Shown piece after piece: positions 49,399 through 59,431 of a DNA stretch of 64,000 nucleotides (its first letter is position 1; every line of letters begins with the position of its first letter). The position numbers and the translations under genes are program-made. This DNA is from Pseudonocardiales bacterium (GTDB lineage Bacteria; Actinomycetota; Actinomycetes; Mycobacteriales; Jatrophihabitantaceae), in assembly GCA_032160545.1 (NCBI GenBank), contig JAVHVN010000010.1:4016-68015 (forward strand). Reading direction: 5' to 3'. Below the pieces are notes generated by a model. That model saw only the letters and a list, made by a program, of their open reading frames with translations. It had not been told where the DNA came from and did not search any database.

Positions 49399-50610
49399 TC
49401 AGCCGGGGAAGGTGGCGGAGCCGCCCTGCGGGACGATGCGCAGCACCCGCTCGTCGTCGGCGGTCGGCTTCCCGTGGCCGTCCTTGTTGGACGTGGTCAG
49501 CCAGAGCGCGCCGTCCGGGGCCGCCACGACCGTCAGCAGCCGGCCGTACCTGCGCTGCAGTGACGGCGTGAGCGAGCTGACCGACATCGTGCCGTTGCGA
49601 GGGGCCAGCCGTCCCGCGAGCAGTGACTGGCCGTCCAGTGAGGTGACGTACAGGACGCCGTTCAGGACGGCGCAGCCACCGGGGCTGCGCTGCGCGGCGG
49701 GCAGCTCGGCGATCGGGCCGGTGGACGACGGCAACAGCTTCGGCCAGCCGTAGTCGGCGCCCCCGCGCAGCAGGTTGACCTCGTCGATGGCACCGGGACC
49801 GGCCGTGGCGGCGGCGTCGACCTCGATCACCGGGCCCGAATCGGGAACGACGCACAGCCCGGCCGACAGGTGCAGGCCGCGGGCGTACACCGCCGAGGCC
49901 GGCACGGGGTTCCCCGCAGCCGGGCGCCCGATCTCCGAGACCCGCAGCACCTTGCCGGCGAGGCCGGCCGGATCGGCCGCGGCCGCCGCGCGGCCCGCGT
50001 CCCCGGTTGCGATGTAGAGCTGTCCCGGGCCGCCGAACGCGATCCGGCCGGCGTTGTCGCTGGCACCGCGCGGGATCCCGGTGACCACCGTGGTCACGGG
50101 GCCGGTCAGGGTGAACGCCACGACGCGGTTGTCGGTCGCGGTCGTCAGGTACGCGAAGATCAGGCTGTCCTGCAGGTAGTTGGGTGAGAGTGCGAGATCG
50201 AGCAGCCCGCCACCGCCGGTCGGGTCGATGCCGGTCAGCGTGCGCACCGTCTTCACCGCCTGACCCGGCTGCGGCTGGACCAGCACGATCCGCCCGGTGG
50301 TGCGCTCGCCGACGATCGCGGTGTTGTCGGGCAGCACCGCGATGGCATCGGGAGTGGTCAGCTTGCTGGCCACGACCGCCGGATCAGGTTGCGAGGACGA
50401 GGACGCGGGCGGCGGAGCAGTCCTGTTGCCCGGTGAGCCAGAGGGGAGCGTCGGCTGCGGCTGCACCGGCTCGACGCCCGGTTGCTGGCCCTCGCCCGCG
50501 AACGACGGCTTCGGCACCCAGGTCGGCCCACTGCCGCGGCCGGCTGAACTGCACCCGGCGAGCAGCGCGCAGACCGCCGCCGCCGAGAGCAGTCGGTGCA
50601 GCCGGGTCAC
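49399..50610 (-). CDS. lipoprotein, PQQ-dependent sugar (glucose/sorbosone) dehydrogenase-like beta-propeller
   Basis: Lipobox LLAGCSS. Contains GLLDLALSPNY, AGKVLRV and GADYGWP blocks typical of soluble GSDH-like propellers. Confidence 0.7.
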   Translation of the reverse strand: MTRLHRLLSAAAVCALLAGCSSAGRGSGPTWVPKPSFAGEGQQPGVEPVQPQPTLPSGSPGNRTAPPPASSSSQPDPAVVASKLTTPDAIAVLPDNTAIVGERTTGRIVLVQPQPGQAVKTVRTLTGIDPTGGGGLLDLALSPNYLQDSLIFAYLTTATDNRVVAFTLTGPVTTVVTGIPRGASDNAGRIAFGGPGQLYIATGDAGRAAAAADPAGLAGKVLRVSEIGRPAAGNPVPASAVYARGLHLSAGLCVVPDSGPVIEVDAAATAGPGAIDEVNLLRGGADYGWPKLLPSSTGPIAELPAAQRSPGGCAVLNGVLYVTSLDGQSLLAGRLAPRNGTMSVSSLTPSLQRRYGRLLTVVAAPDGALWLTTSNKDGHGKPTADDERVLRIVPQGGSATFPG

Positions 50611-50687
50611 CCGCCCAGTCTGCCTGGCGTTGCTGTGACCACGCCGCTGGCCGGTCGCTCGCGCGGCATCGAATAACCTCGACCGTG

Positions 50688-51602
50688 ATGCCGATAATCT
50701 GCCTGCCCGACGAAGCGGCGCGCGCCGCGGTCGGCCCGCTGCCGCCGGGCACGTCCGTCGTCCTCTGGGACGGCACGGGCGAGCCGCCGCCCGAGTTCGA
50801 GCAGGTCGAGTTCGTCGTGCCGCGCTACCCGGGTGCGCCGCTGCCGGCCGAGGTGCTCGCCGCGGCGCCGCGGCTGAAGGTCATCCAGTTGCTGTCAGCC
50901 GGTGTCGAGCCGTGGCTCGACCGCATCCCGCCGGGCGTGACGCTGTGCAACGGCCGTGGCATCCACGGCGCCTCGACGGCCGAACTCGCCGTCGCCGGCC
51001 TGCTCAGCGTGATGCGCGATCTGCCTGGCTTCCGCACCGCGCAGGACGAGCACCGGTGGGCGCAGCATCCGACCGGCGGCATGGCCGGCGCCAACGTCCT
51101 TGTCGTCGGCGCCGGTGACATCGGCCGCCGGATCGCGACGGCCCTGGGCGCCTTCGACGCGACGGTCACCCTCGTCGCCCGGCATGCCCGCGACGGGGTG
51201 CGGTCGATGGACGAGCTACCCGGCCTGCTGCCGCACCAGGACTCGGTCGTCCTCGCCGTGCCCTTGACCCCCGAGACGAGAGCATTGGTCGACGCCGGCT
51301 TCCTCGCCCGCATGCGCGACGGCGCGGTGCTGGTCAACATCGCCCGAGGCGCCCTCGTCGACACCGGCGCGCTGGTCGCCGAGCTGCGCGCCGGTCGGTT
51401 GCGCGCGTTCCTCGACGTCACCGACCCCGAGCCGCTGCCGCCGGACCACCCGCTCTGGGACGCGCCGGGCGTGCTGATCACGCCGCACGTCGGCGGCGGC
51501 ACGCACGGCTGGGAGCAGCGCGCCTACCGGCTCGCGCGCGAGCAGATCCTCCGGTTCGTCGCGGGCGAGCCGCTGGAGAACGTCGTCACCGACGGCTACT
51601 GA
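50688..51602 (+). CDS. D-isomer-specific 2-hydroxyacid dehydrogenase family protein
   Basis: ATG 50688 (GTG 50685 is also possible). NAD-binding VLVVGAGDIGRRIA, and catalytic blocks NIARGALVD, DVTDPEP and ITPHVGG. Confidence 0.88.
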   Translation: MPIICLPDEAARAAVGPLPPGTSVVLWDGTGEPPPEFEQVEFVVPRYPGAPLPAEVLAAAPRLKVIQLLSAGVEPWLDRIPPGVTLCNGRGIHGASTAELAVAGLLSVMRDLPGFRTAQDEHRWAQHPTGGMAGANVLVVGAGDIGRRIATALGAFDATVTLVARHARDGVRSMDELPGLLPHQDSVVLAVPLTPETRALVDAGFLARMRDGAVLVNIARGALVDTGALVAELRAGRLRAFLDVTDPEPLPPDHPLWDAPGVLITPHVGGGTHGWEQRAYRLAREQILRFVAGEPLENVVTDGY

Positions 51603-51609
51603 CCGGCCC

Positions 51610-52080
51610 TCACCGGCGGCGGCGCCGCGACGGCGCGAACTTCGGCCGCGGCTGCTCGATCTCGGGCAACCGGCCGCCGCTGGCCTGCGAGAGCGCGGCG
51701 AGGTCGGCAACACGCACACAGGGCAACCGCACCGCGCCGTCGTCCACGACGGCGTACACGCTGCGCTCGGCGACCGACAGCCCGCGCACCTCGTCCCACG
51801 GCAGGTCCCGACGCCCGAGCAGTGCGCGTACCCGGATCCCGTCCCGGCCGACGACCGTCGCCGTGCGCGCGATGAACACCGCCACTGCGACGGGGATGAG
51901 GACGAGCAGCGTCTGCGGCCCGACGACCGCGGCGGACCTGTTGTCGGCCGAGTCGGTGAATGCCAGGGGGGCGACGCAGAAGAAGAGGAACAGCACGATC
52001 AGGTAGGCCAGCGCAGGCAGCCGGAAGGTGCGCGCGGCAGCCGGTTCGCCGGCTCCGGGAGACGGCCGCGACGAGGACAC
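51610..52080 (-). CDS. PH-domain membrane protein (Cfp6 / low-molecular-weight antigen 6-like)
   Basis: Two N-terminal TM helices are followed by [21 protein letters not shown], a bacterial PH-domain pattern. In mycobacteria the homologue also sits next to ilv genes. Confidence 0.65.
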   Translation of the reverse strand: MSSSRPSPGAGEPAAARTFRLPALAYLIVLFLFFCVAPLAFTDSADNRSAAVVGPQTLLVLIPVAVAVFIARTATVVGRDGIRVRALLGRRDLPWDEVRGLSVAERSVYAVVDDGAVRLPCVRVADLAALSQASGGRLPEIEQPRPKFAPSRRRRR

Positions 52081-52109
52081 GCTCGAACCGTAACCCGTAC
52101 TGTTTGCCC

Positions 52110-53801
52110 GTGAGCAACCAGCAGCCTCGACAGCATCGCAAGCCGCACAGCGGCATCGTGACGGACGGTCTCGAGCGCGCGGCCGCCCGCGGCATGCTGC
52201 GCGCGGTAGGCATGGGCGACGACGACTGGCGCAAGCCGCAGATCGGCGTCGCGTCCTCCTGGAACGAGATCACGCCGTGCAACCTCTCGCTCGACCGGCT
52301 CGCCAAGAAGGCCAAGATCGGCGTGCGCGGCGCGGACGGGTTCCCGCTCGAGTTCGGGACGATCTCGGTGTCCGACGGCATCTCGATGGGGCACAGCGGC
52401 ATGCATTACTCGCTGGTGTCGCGCGAGGTGATCGCAGACTCCGTCGAGACGGTGTTCCGCGCCGAGCAGCTGGACGGCGCGGTGCTGCTCGCGGGCTGCG
52501 ACAAGTCCATTCCCGGCATGCTGATGGCCGCGGCACGCCTCGACGTCGCGACGGCGTTCCTCTACGCGGGCTCGACCCTTCCGGGCCGGCTGGGTGACCG
52601 CACGGTCACGATCATCGATGCTTTCGAGGCCATCGGAGCGTGCCTGGCCGGTCGCATCACCCGCGCCGAGGTCGACGAGATCGAGCGGGCGATCTGCCCG
52701 GGCGAGGGCGCCTGCGGCGGGATGTACACCGCCAACACGATGGCGTCGGCGGCCGAGGCGCTCGGGATGTCACTGCCGGGCTCGGCGGCGCCCCCCGCTC
52801 CGGACTCCCGCCGCGACCACTACGCCGAGCGGTCCGGCGAGGCAGCCGTACACCTGGTCGACGCCGGCATCACCGCCCGGACGATCCTGACCAAAGAGGC
52901 CTTCGAGAACGCGATCACCGTCGTGATGGCGCTCGGCGGCTCGACCAACGCCGTGCTGCACCTGCTGGCGATCGCGCACGAGGCGCAGGTCGGCCTCGAC
53001 CTCGACGACTTCAACCGCATCGGCGACAAGGTGCCGCATCTGGCCGACGTCAAGCCGTTCGGCCAGTACGTGATGACCGACGTCGACGCCATCGGGGGAG
53101 TGCCGGTCGTCATGAAGGCCCTGCTCGACGCGGGCCTGCTGCACGGCGACTGCCTCACGGTCACCGGCAGGACGATGGCCGAGAACCTCGCCGATCTCGC
53201 GCCGCCCGACCCCGACGGCAAGATCATCCATGCGATGGCCGATCCCATCCACCGCACCGGCGGGCTGACGATCCTGCGTGGGTCGCTCGCGCCCGACGGC
53301 GCCGTCGTGAAGAGCGCCGGGCTGGATTACGACGTCTTCGAGGGCACGGCGAGGGTGTTCGACCGCGAGCAGGCAGCCATGGACGCGCTCGCGGCGGGCC
53401 GGCTCCAGGAGAACGACGTCATCGTCATCCGCTGGGAGGGGCCCAAGGGCGGTCCCGGAATGCGCGAGATGCTGCAGATCACCGGTGCGATCAAGGGCGC
53501 CGGTCTCGGCAAGGACGTCCTGCTCCTGACGGACGGGCGCTTCTCCGGCGGAACCACCGGGCCGTGCATCGGGCACATTGCGCCCGAAGCCGCCGTCGGC
53601 GGGCCGATCGCGCTGATCGAGGACGGCGACCGCATCCGGCTCGACATGGCGGCGCGCACGCTGGACCTGCTGGTCGGCGACGACGAACTGCAGCGTCGCC
53701 GGTCCGACTGGAAGCCGTTGCCGCCACAGTTCGACTACGGCGTGCTCGGCAAGTACGCGAAGCTGGTCGGCTCAGCCGCGACGGGTGCCGTCTGCGGCTG
53801 A
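52110..53801 (+). CDS. ilvD: dihydroxy-acid dehydratase
   Basis: Contains [50 protein letters not shown] and [18 protein letters not shown] start at 52110. Confidence 0.95.
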   Translation: MSNQQPRQHRKPHSGIVTDGLERAAARGMLRAVGMGDDDWRKPQIGVASSWNEITPCNLSLDRLAKKAKIGVRGADGFPLEFGTISVSDGISMGHSGMHYSLVSREVIADSVETVFRAEQLDGAVLLAGCDKSIPGMLMAAARLDVATAFLYAGSTLPGRLGDRTVTIIDAFEAIGACLAGRITRAEVDEIERAICPGEGACGGMYTANTMASAAEALGMSLPGSAAPPAPDSRRDHYAERSGEAAVHLVDAGITARTILTKEAFENAITVVMALGGSTNAVLHLLAIAHEAQVGLDLDDFNRIGDKVPHLADVKPFGQYVMTDVDAIGGVPVVMKALLDAGLLHGDCLTVTGRTMAENLADLAPPDPDGKIIHAMADPIHRTGGLTILRGSLAPDGAVVKSAGLDYDVFEGTARVFDREQAAMDALAAGRLQENDVIVIRWEGPKGGPGMREMLQITGAIKGAGLGKDVLLLTDGRFSGGTTGPCIGHIAPEAAVGGPIALIEDGDRIRLDMAARTLDLLVGDDELQRRRSDWKPLPPQFDYGVLGKYAKLVGSAATGAVCG

Positions 53802-53832
53802 ACCGACCGGCGCGCAGCCGGGGCCGTCTTGC

Positions 53833-54381
53833 TCAGCGCCAGACGCCGAAGTCGAACGTGATCCACATCTTGTGATGCACCCGGTCCAAGTAGACGTCGA
53901 CCCCGACGTCGCGGAAGGTCCGGCTCAGCATGTTCACCCGGTGAAGGTTGTTGGGCGCCTTCTCGTTGTACATGGCCTTCTGGACGTACGCCGCCCCGTT
54001 CGTGGTCATGTCGGAGTTCCAGGCGATGTTCTCGCCGACGGCTGCCCAGTTGTACCTGCTCGCCGAGACACGGGCCCCGAGCGACGGTTCGCCGTACACC
54101 TGATGGGCCATCTGGTTCGCGCCGGCCATCTTGACGTCGTGGTAGCGAGCCGACGAGCGCAGGTACGGGTTGGACCGCAGCGCGGGAAGCCGATTGGCGG
54201 CGCGCTCTTGGTTCAACAAGGTGAACAGCGCGTACCCGATGGTGGCCTCCGCCGACGACACCGGGGGAGGAGGGACGTAGGCCGAGGCCTCCTGCGCTCC
54301 TGCCGTGGCGCCGGCCACCAGGACCGCGGACGTGAGCAGGGCGACGAGGGAGCGCCGAAGGCGCACAGGACTTGAGGGCAT
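53833..54381 (-). CDS. secreted CAP (SCP/PR-1, YkwD-like) domain protein
   Basis: ATG at complement 54379-54381 with a signal peptide. LNQERAANRLPAL, HDVKMAGANQMAH and GENIAWN are CAP blocks. G+C is visibly lower than the flanks. Confidence 0.78.
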   Translation of the reverse strand: MPSSPVRLRRSLVALLTSAVLVAGATAGAQEASAYVPPPPVSSAEATIGYALFTLLNQERAANRLPALRSNPYLRSSARYHDVKMAGANQMAHQVYGEPSLGARVSASRYNWAAVGENIAWNSDMTTNGAAYVQKAMYNEKAPNNLHRVNMLSRTFRDVGVDVYLDRVHHKMWITFDFGVWR

Positions 54382-54584
54382 GACAACCGCCTGGGAACGA
54401 GCCGGACATGGATGCGTGCATCCCCCGCGTTCCCCCGCGGTGCGTCCGCGTTTCCCCACGCGGACCCAGCGAGATTTTTTAGCACGCTTCACACGGGTCA
54501 CACAAGTAGCGGGCCGGGATTTCTCGCCGGCACGGCGGGCCGGGTGCCAGCCGTCTCGCTGTGCGGGACGAGCGTCCCGCGCGG

Positions 54585-54614
54585 TTGAACGGGCGACGGC
54601 GTGCCGTGTAAGGT
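54585..54614 (+). promoter_or_regulatory. candidate promoter of the ilvB leader: TTGAAC - 18 nt - TAAGGT
   Basis: The -35-like TTGAAC is at 54585-54590 and the TANNNT-type -10 TAAGGT is at 54609-54614. The -10 ends 7 nt before the leader GTG. That fits either a leaderless transcript or use of AAGG as the SD. Confidence 0.3.
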
Positions 54615-54621
54615 TTCGCCC

Positions 54622-54660
54622 GTGCGCACGCTCGTACTCATCACCCGGCGCGTCCGGTAG
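54622..54660 (+). CDS. putative ilvB leader peptide (V/M)[11 protein letters not shown]
   Basis: The 12-codon ORF contains the run Leu-Val-Leu-Ile (CTC GTA CTC ATC). It lies immediately upstream of a canonical intrinsic terminator and of ilvB. Confidence 0.6.
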   Translation: MRTLVLITRRVR

Positions 54661-54683
54661 GTCCCGACCTACTCGACGCGCTG

Positions 54684-54716
54684 CCCTTCGTGCTCTCGCA
54701 CGGAGGGTTTTTTGTT
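54684..54716 (+). terminator. intrinsic terminator (attenuator) in the ilvB leader
   Basis: CCCTTCGTGC-TCTC-GCACGGAGGG forms a 10 bp stem with one G-U pair, followed by TTTTTTGTT. It lies 64 nt before the ilvB ATG. Confidence 0.8.
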
Positions 54717-54779
54717 GGGCTGAGTCAGGCGCCGGGCGGCGCGCACACCCGATCACCGGGCAGAGAAAGGCGACACGCG

Positions 54780-56534
54780 ATGACCGAGGGGCAGAGCATC
54801 ACCGGGGCCCAGGCGCTGGTGCGATCACTTGAAGAGGTCGGCGCCGATGTCGTCTTCGGCATCCCCGGCGGGGCGATCCTGCCCGCGTACGACCCGCTGT
54901 ACGACTCCACGAGGGTCCGGCACATCCTGGTCCGCCACGAGCAGGGCGCGGGACACGCCGCGGAGGGGTACGCGCAGGCCTCGGGCAAGGTCGGGGTCTG
55001 CATGGCGACATCGGGCCCCGGAGCCACCAACCTGGTGACCCCGATCGCCGATGCCTACATGGACTCCGTGCCGATCGTCGCGATCACGGGCCAGGTGGGG
55101 CGGGCGATGATCGGCACCGACGCCTTCCAGGAAGCCGACATCTCGGGCATCACGCTACCGATTACGAAGCACAACTTCCTGGTGCAGTCTGCCGACGACA
55201 TCCCCCGGGCCATCGCCGAGGCCTTCCACCTCGCGTCTACCGGACGCCCCGGGCCGGTGCTGGTCGACCTGCCGAAGGACGTGCTGCAGGAGGCCACGAC
55301 CTTCACCTGGCCGCCGAAGATCGACCTGCCCGGCTACCACCCGGTCACCCGCCCGCACGGCAAGCAGATCCGCGAGGCCGCCCGCCTGATCAGCGCCGCG
55401 CGCCGTCCGGTGCTCTACATCGGCGGCGGTGTACTGCGTGCCCGGGCGACCGCCGAACTGCGGCGCCTCGCCGACGTCACCGGCATCCCGGTGGTCACCA
55501 CATTGATGGCGCGGGGTGCGTTCCCCGACAGCCACCGCCAGCACCTGGGCATGCCCGGCATGCACGGCTCGGTGGCGGCGGTGACCGCGTTGCAGAAGGC
55601 CGACCTGCTCATCGCCATCGGCACCCGCTTCGACGACCGGGTGACCGGCAAGCTGGACAGCTTCGCCCCGCACGCCGCGATCATCCACGCCGACATCGAC
55701 CCGGCCGAGATCGGCAAGAACCGGGTGGCCGACATCCCGATCGTCGCCGATGCCCGCGACATGCTGCTCGAGCTCATCCCCGCGGTCGAGGCCGAGTTCG
55801 CCGCAGGCAACCGCGCCGACCTCACCGGCTGGTGGCGCCAGCTCGACGAGTGGCGCGACACCTATCCGCTGGGCTACGACGAGCCCACCGACGGCACCCT
55901 CGCCCCGCAGTACGTCATCGAGCGGCTGGGACGGATCGCCGGACCAGACACCATCTTCGCCGCGGGCGTCGGGCAGCACCAGATGTGGGCCGCGCAGTTC
56001 ATCGGCTACGAGAACCCGTACACCTGGCTGAACTCGGGCGGGGCCGGGACGATGGGCTACTCGGTTCCCGCGGCGATGGGAGCGAAGGTCGCGCGCCCCG
56101 ACACGCTGGTGTGGGCGATCGACGGCGACGGCTGTTTCCAGATGACCAACCAGGAACTCGCCACCTGCGCGATCGAGGGCATCCCGATCAAGGTCGCCGT
56201 CATCAACAACGGCAACCTCGGCATGGTGCGGCAGTGGCAGACGCTGTTCTACTCCGAGCGCTACAGCCAGACCGATCTCGGCACCCACAAGCACCGCATC
56301 CCCGACTTCGTCAAACTCGCCGACGCGCTCGGCTGCGTGGGGCTGCGCTGCGAGTCGAAGGCCGATGTCGACGCCACGATCGAGAAGGCGATGGCCATCG
56401 ACGACCAGCCCGTGGTCGTCGACTTCGTCGTCGGCAAGGACGCCATGGTGTGGCCGATGGTCGCCGCCGGTGCGAGCAACGACGACATCCAGGCCGCGCG
56501 CGACATCCGCCCGGTCTGGGACGACGTCGAGTGA
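54780..56534 (+). CDS. ilvB: acetolactate synthase (acetohydroxyacid synthase) large subunit
   Basis: ATG 54780 follows AGAAAGG. TPP-enzyme blocks present: [40 protein letters not shown] and [14 protein letters not shown]. Confidence 0.95.
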   Translation: MTEGQSITGAQALVRSLEEVGADVVFGIPGGAILPAYDPLYDSTRVRHILVRHEQGAGHAAEGYAQASGKVGVCMATSGPGATNLVTPIADAYMDSVPIVAITGQVGRAMIGTDAFQEADISGITLPITKHNFLVQSADDIPRAIAEAFHLASTGRPGPVLVDLPKDVLQEATTFTWPPKIDLPGYHPVTRPHGKQIREAARLISAARRPVLYIGGGVLRARATAELRRLADVTGIPVVTTLMARGAFPDSHRQHLGMPGMHGSVAAVTALQKADLLIAIGTRFDDRVTGKLDSFAPHAAIIHADIDPAEIGKNRVADIPIVADARDMLLELIPAVEAEFAAGNRADLTGWWRQLDEWRDTYPLGYDEPTDGTLAPQYVIERLGRIAGPDTIFAAGVGQHQMWAAQFIGYENPYTWLNSGGAGTMGYSVPAAMGAKVARPDTLVWAIDGDGCFQMTNQELATCAIEGIPIKVAVINNGNLGMVRQWQTLFYSERYSQTDLGTHKHRIPDFVKLADALGCVGLRCESKADVDATIEKAMAIDDQPVVVDFVVGKDAMVWPMVAAGASNDDIQAARDIRPVWDDVE

Positions 56535-57241
56535 GCGGGTTGACGCCCGTCGGCCTGCTCGGCGGCATGAGCTGGCAGTCGACGGCGATCTTCTACCGGC
56601 TGCTGAACGAGATGGTGCAGGAGCGGGTCGGCGGCCACGCGAGCGCGCCGATCGTGCTGTGGTCGGTCGACTTCAGCGAGATCGAGGCCCTGCAGCGCGC
56701 CGGCGACTGGCCGGCGCAGGGCGAGCTGCTCGCCGCGCGCGCCCGAGCCCTGCAGGACGCCGGAGCCGGTGCGGTCGCCCTGGCGACCAACACGCTGCAC
56801 CTCGTGTCCGACCAGATCGAGGCCGCCATCGACGTGCCGTTCGTCGACATGATCGACGTGGTCGCGAAGGCCGCCGCGGACGCGGGTCACCGCCGCGTCG
56901 GCATCCTCGCCACCGAGTACACGATGGCCAGCGACCTCTACCCGGCGCGGTTGGCCGGCCACGGCGTCGAGGTGGTGGTGCCCGACGAGGACGACCGTGC
57001 GACGGTGCATCGCGTCATCTACGACGAGCTGGTCAAGGGCGTCGTCACCGACGAGTCGCGCCGGGACTACCTCGGCGTGATCGACCGCCTGGTCGCGCGC
57101 GGAGCCGACGGCGTGCTGCTTGCGTGCACCGAGATCGGACTGCTGGTGCGTGACGGGGATGCCGCCGTCCCGCTGCTCGATACGAGCGTCCTGCACTGCC
57201 GGGCGCTGACCGACGTGATCCTCGACGGGAGTTCGCAGTGA
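56531..57241 (+). CDS. aspartate/glutamate racemase-family protein (YgeA/RacX-like, Thr/Cys half-sites) inserted between ilvB and ilvN
   Basis: GTGA overlaps at both ends (56531-56534 and 57238-57241). Contains [23 protein letters not shown] and LACTEIG blocks. Confidence 0.85.
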   Translation: MSGLTPVGLLGGMSWQSTAIFYRLLNEMVQERVGGHASAPIVLWSVDFSEIEALQRAGDWPAQGELLAARARALQDAGAGAVALATNTLHLVSDQIEAAIDVPFVDMIDVVAKAAADAGHRRVGILATEYTMASDLYPARLAGHGVEVVVPDEDDRATVHRVIYDELVKGVVTDESRRDYLGVIDRLVARGADGVLLACTEIGLLVRDGDAAVPLLDTSVLHCRALTDVILDGSSQ

Positions 57242-57762
57242 GTACGCACACGCTGTCCGTGCTGGTCGAGAACAAGCCAGGTGTCCTCGCCCGCGTGTCC
57301 GGCCTGTTCAGCCGCCGAGGCTTCAACATCGAGTCGCTGGCGGTCGGGCCCACCGAGCACCCCGAGGTCTCGCGCATCACGATGCTCGTCAGCGTCGAGG
57401 GCACCGCGCTCGAGCAGGTCACCAAGCAGCTCAACAAACTGGTGAACGTGCTGAAGATCGTCGAGCTCGAGCAGGCCCAGGCCGTGCAGCGCGAGCTGCT
57501 GCTCGTCAAGGTTCGGGCCGACGAGACCAACCGGCGCGACGTGCTGCAGATCGTCGAGCTGTTCAAGGCCAAGGTGGCCGACGTCGGCCCCGAGGCGCTC
57601 GTGGTCGAACTGACCGGCCGCCCCGACAAGCTCGATGCGATGCTGAAAATGCTCGAGCCGTACGGTATTCGCGAGATGGTGCAGTCCGGCATGGTCGCGC
57701 TCGGCCGTGGATCGCGCTCGATGTCCCAGGCAGCGTTGCGCGCCATCGACCGCACCGCCTGA
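57238..57762 (+). CDS. ilvN: acetolactate synthase small (regulatory) subunit
   Basis: HTLSVLVENKPGVLARVSGLFSRRGFNIESLAVGPTE is the canonical ACT-domain start of IlvN/IlvH. Confidence 0.95.
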   Translation: MSTHTLSVLVENKPGVLARVSGLFSRRGFNIESLAVGPTEHPEVSRITMLVSVEGTALEQVTKQLNKLVNVLKIVELEQAQAVQRELLLVKVRADETNRRDVLQIVELFKAKVADVGPEALVVELTGRPDKLDAMLKMLEPYGIREMVQSGMVALGRGSRSMSQAALRAIDRTA

Positions 57763-58857
<1,095 letters not shown>

Positions 58858-58859
58858 CC

Positions 58860-59375
58860 TCACTGAATCTGCGATGCGCGCTCGCGCGCGACGTCGGGGT
58901 GAATGGCCAGGAACAACGAGAACGGCCGGGCCGCCGGGTCGTCCGGCCGTTGTGCGTACTCGTCCAGCAGGGCACCGAGCCGGTCGATGAACCCGGTCAT
59001 CTCCCGTTCGGTGAGCCGCAGTCCCAAGCGGGACGTCACGAGTTCCTCCGCCGGTGCGAGCGCGACCTCCTCGAGGAACGCCTCCAGCAGCGCGCGTCCC
59101 TTCGCGGGGGTCTCGAGCTGCCACGACTTGCGGGTGGCGAGGTAGGGGATCTCGCGCGAACCGCGGGTGCCGCGGCGCACCGGCTGGGCGACGAGAAATC
59201 CGGTATCCACGAGGCGCCGGACGTGGTGCAGGATGCTGGCGGGATCTCGGCCGAGTGCCCCGGCGATCTCCTTGTTCGTACGCGGTTCGAGGCAGATCCG
59301 CAGGATGCGCAGCCGGAGCGCGGAGGCCAGGGCACGCGCCTCGTCGTCGGTCGCCGGGCGCCGCTGGGTGGCCAT
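58860..59375 (-). CDS. ArsR-family winged-helix transcriptional regulator with C-terminal extension
   Basis: Contains ALASALRLRILRICLEPRTNKEIAGALGRDPASILHHVRRLVDTGFL (wHTH). Divergent from an MFS gene across a palindromic site. Confidence 0.8.
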   Translation of the reverse strand: MATQRRPATDDEARALASALRLRILRICLEPRTNKEIAGALGRDPASILHHVRRLVDTGFLVAQPVRRGTRGSREIPYLATRKSWQLETPAKGRALLEAFLEEVALAPAEELVTSRLGLRLTEREMTGFIDRLGALLDEYAQRPDDPAARPFSLFLAIHPDVARERASQIQ

Positions 59376-59391
59376 GCGGTCAGCCTAGATA

Positions 59392-59415
59392 AGTGATTGA
59401 CAAAGCTCAATCACT
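59392..59415. promoter_or_regulatory. candidate operator: AGTGATTGA-CAAAGC-TCAATCACT
   Basis: Perfect 9-bp inverted repeat in the divergent ArsR-MFS intergenic region, 17 nt upstream of the regulator start codon. Confidence 0.55.
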
Positions 59416-59431
59416 GACCGACGCTGGCCGC

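Noticed and set aside
49355-49406. Direct repeats GGCGCCGGAC(G/C)GGGTCAGCCGG (49355-49376 and 49385-49406), with three GGTCAGCCGG copies, at the convergent cobS / lipoprotein gene ends.
   Set aside because: It looks like a small local duplication of the lipoprotein gene's stop-codon region in GC-rich DNA. There is no spacer structure, no coding consequence and no evidence of function.
54444-54480. Hairpin GTCCGCGT-ttcccc-ACGCGGAC followed 9 nt later by TTTTTT on the + strand; possible terminator.
   Set aside because: No + strand gene ends upstream of it, since the neighbouring CAP gene is on the minus strand and starts at 54381. The T-run is not adjacent to the stem. It more likely belongs to the CAP gene 5' region or the divergent promoter area.
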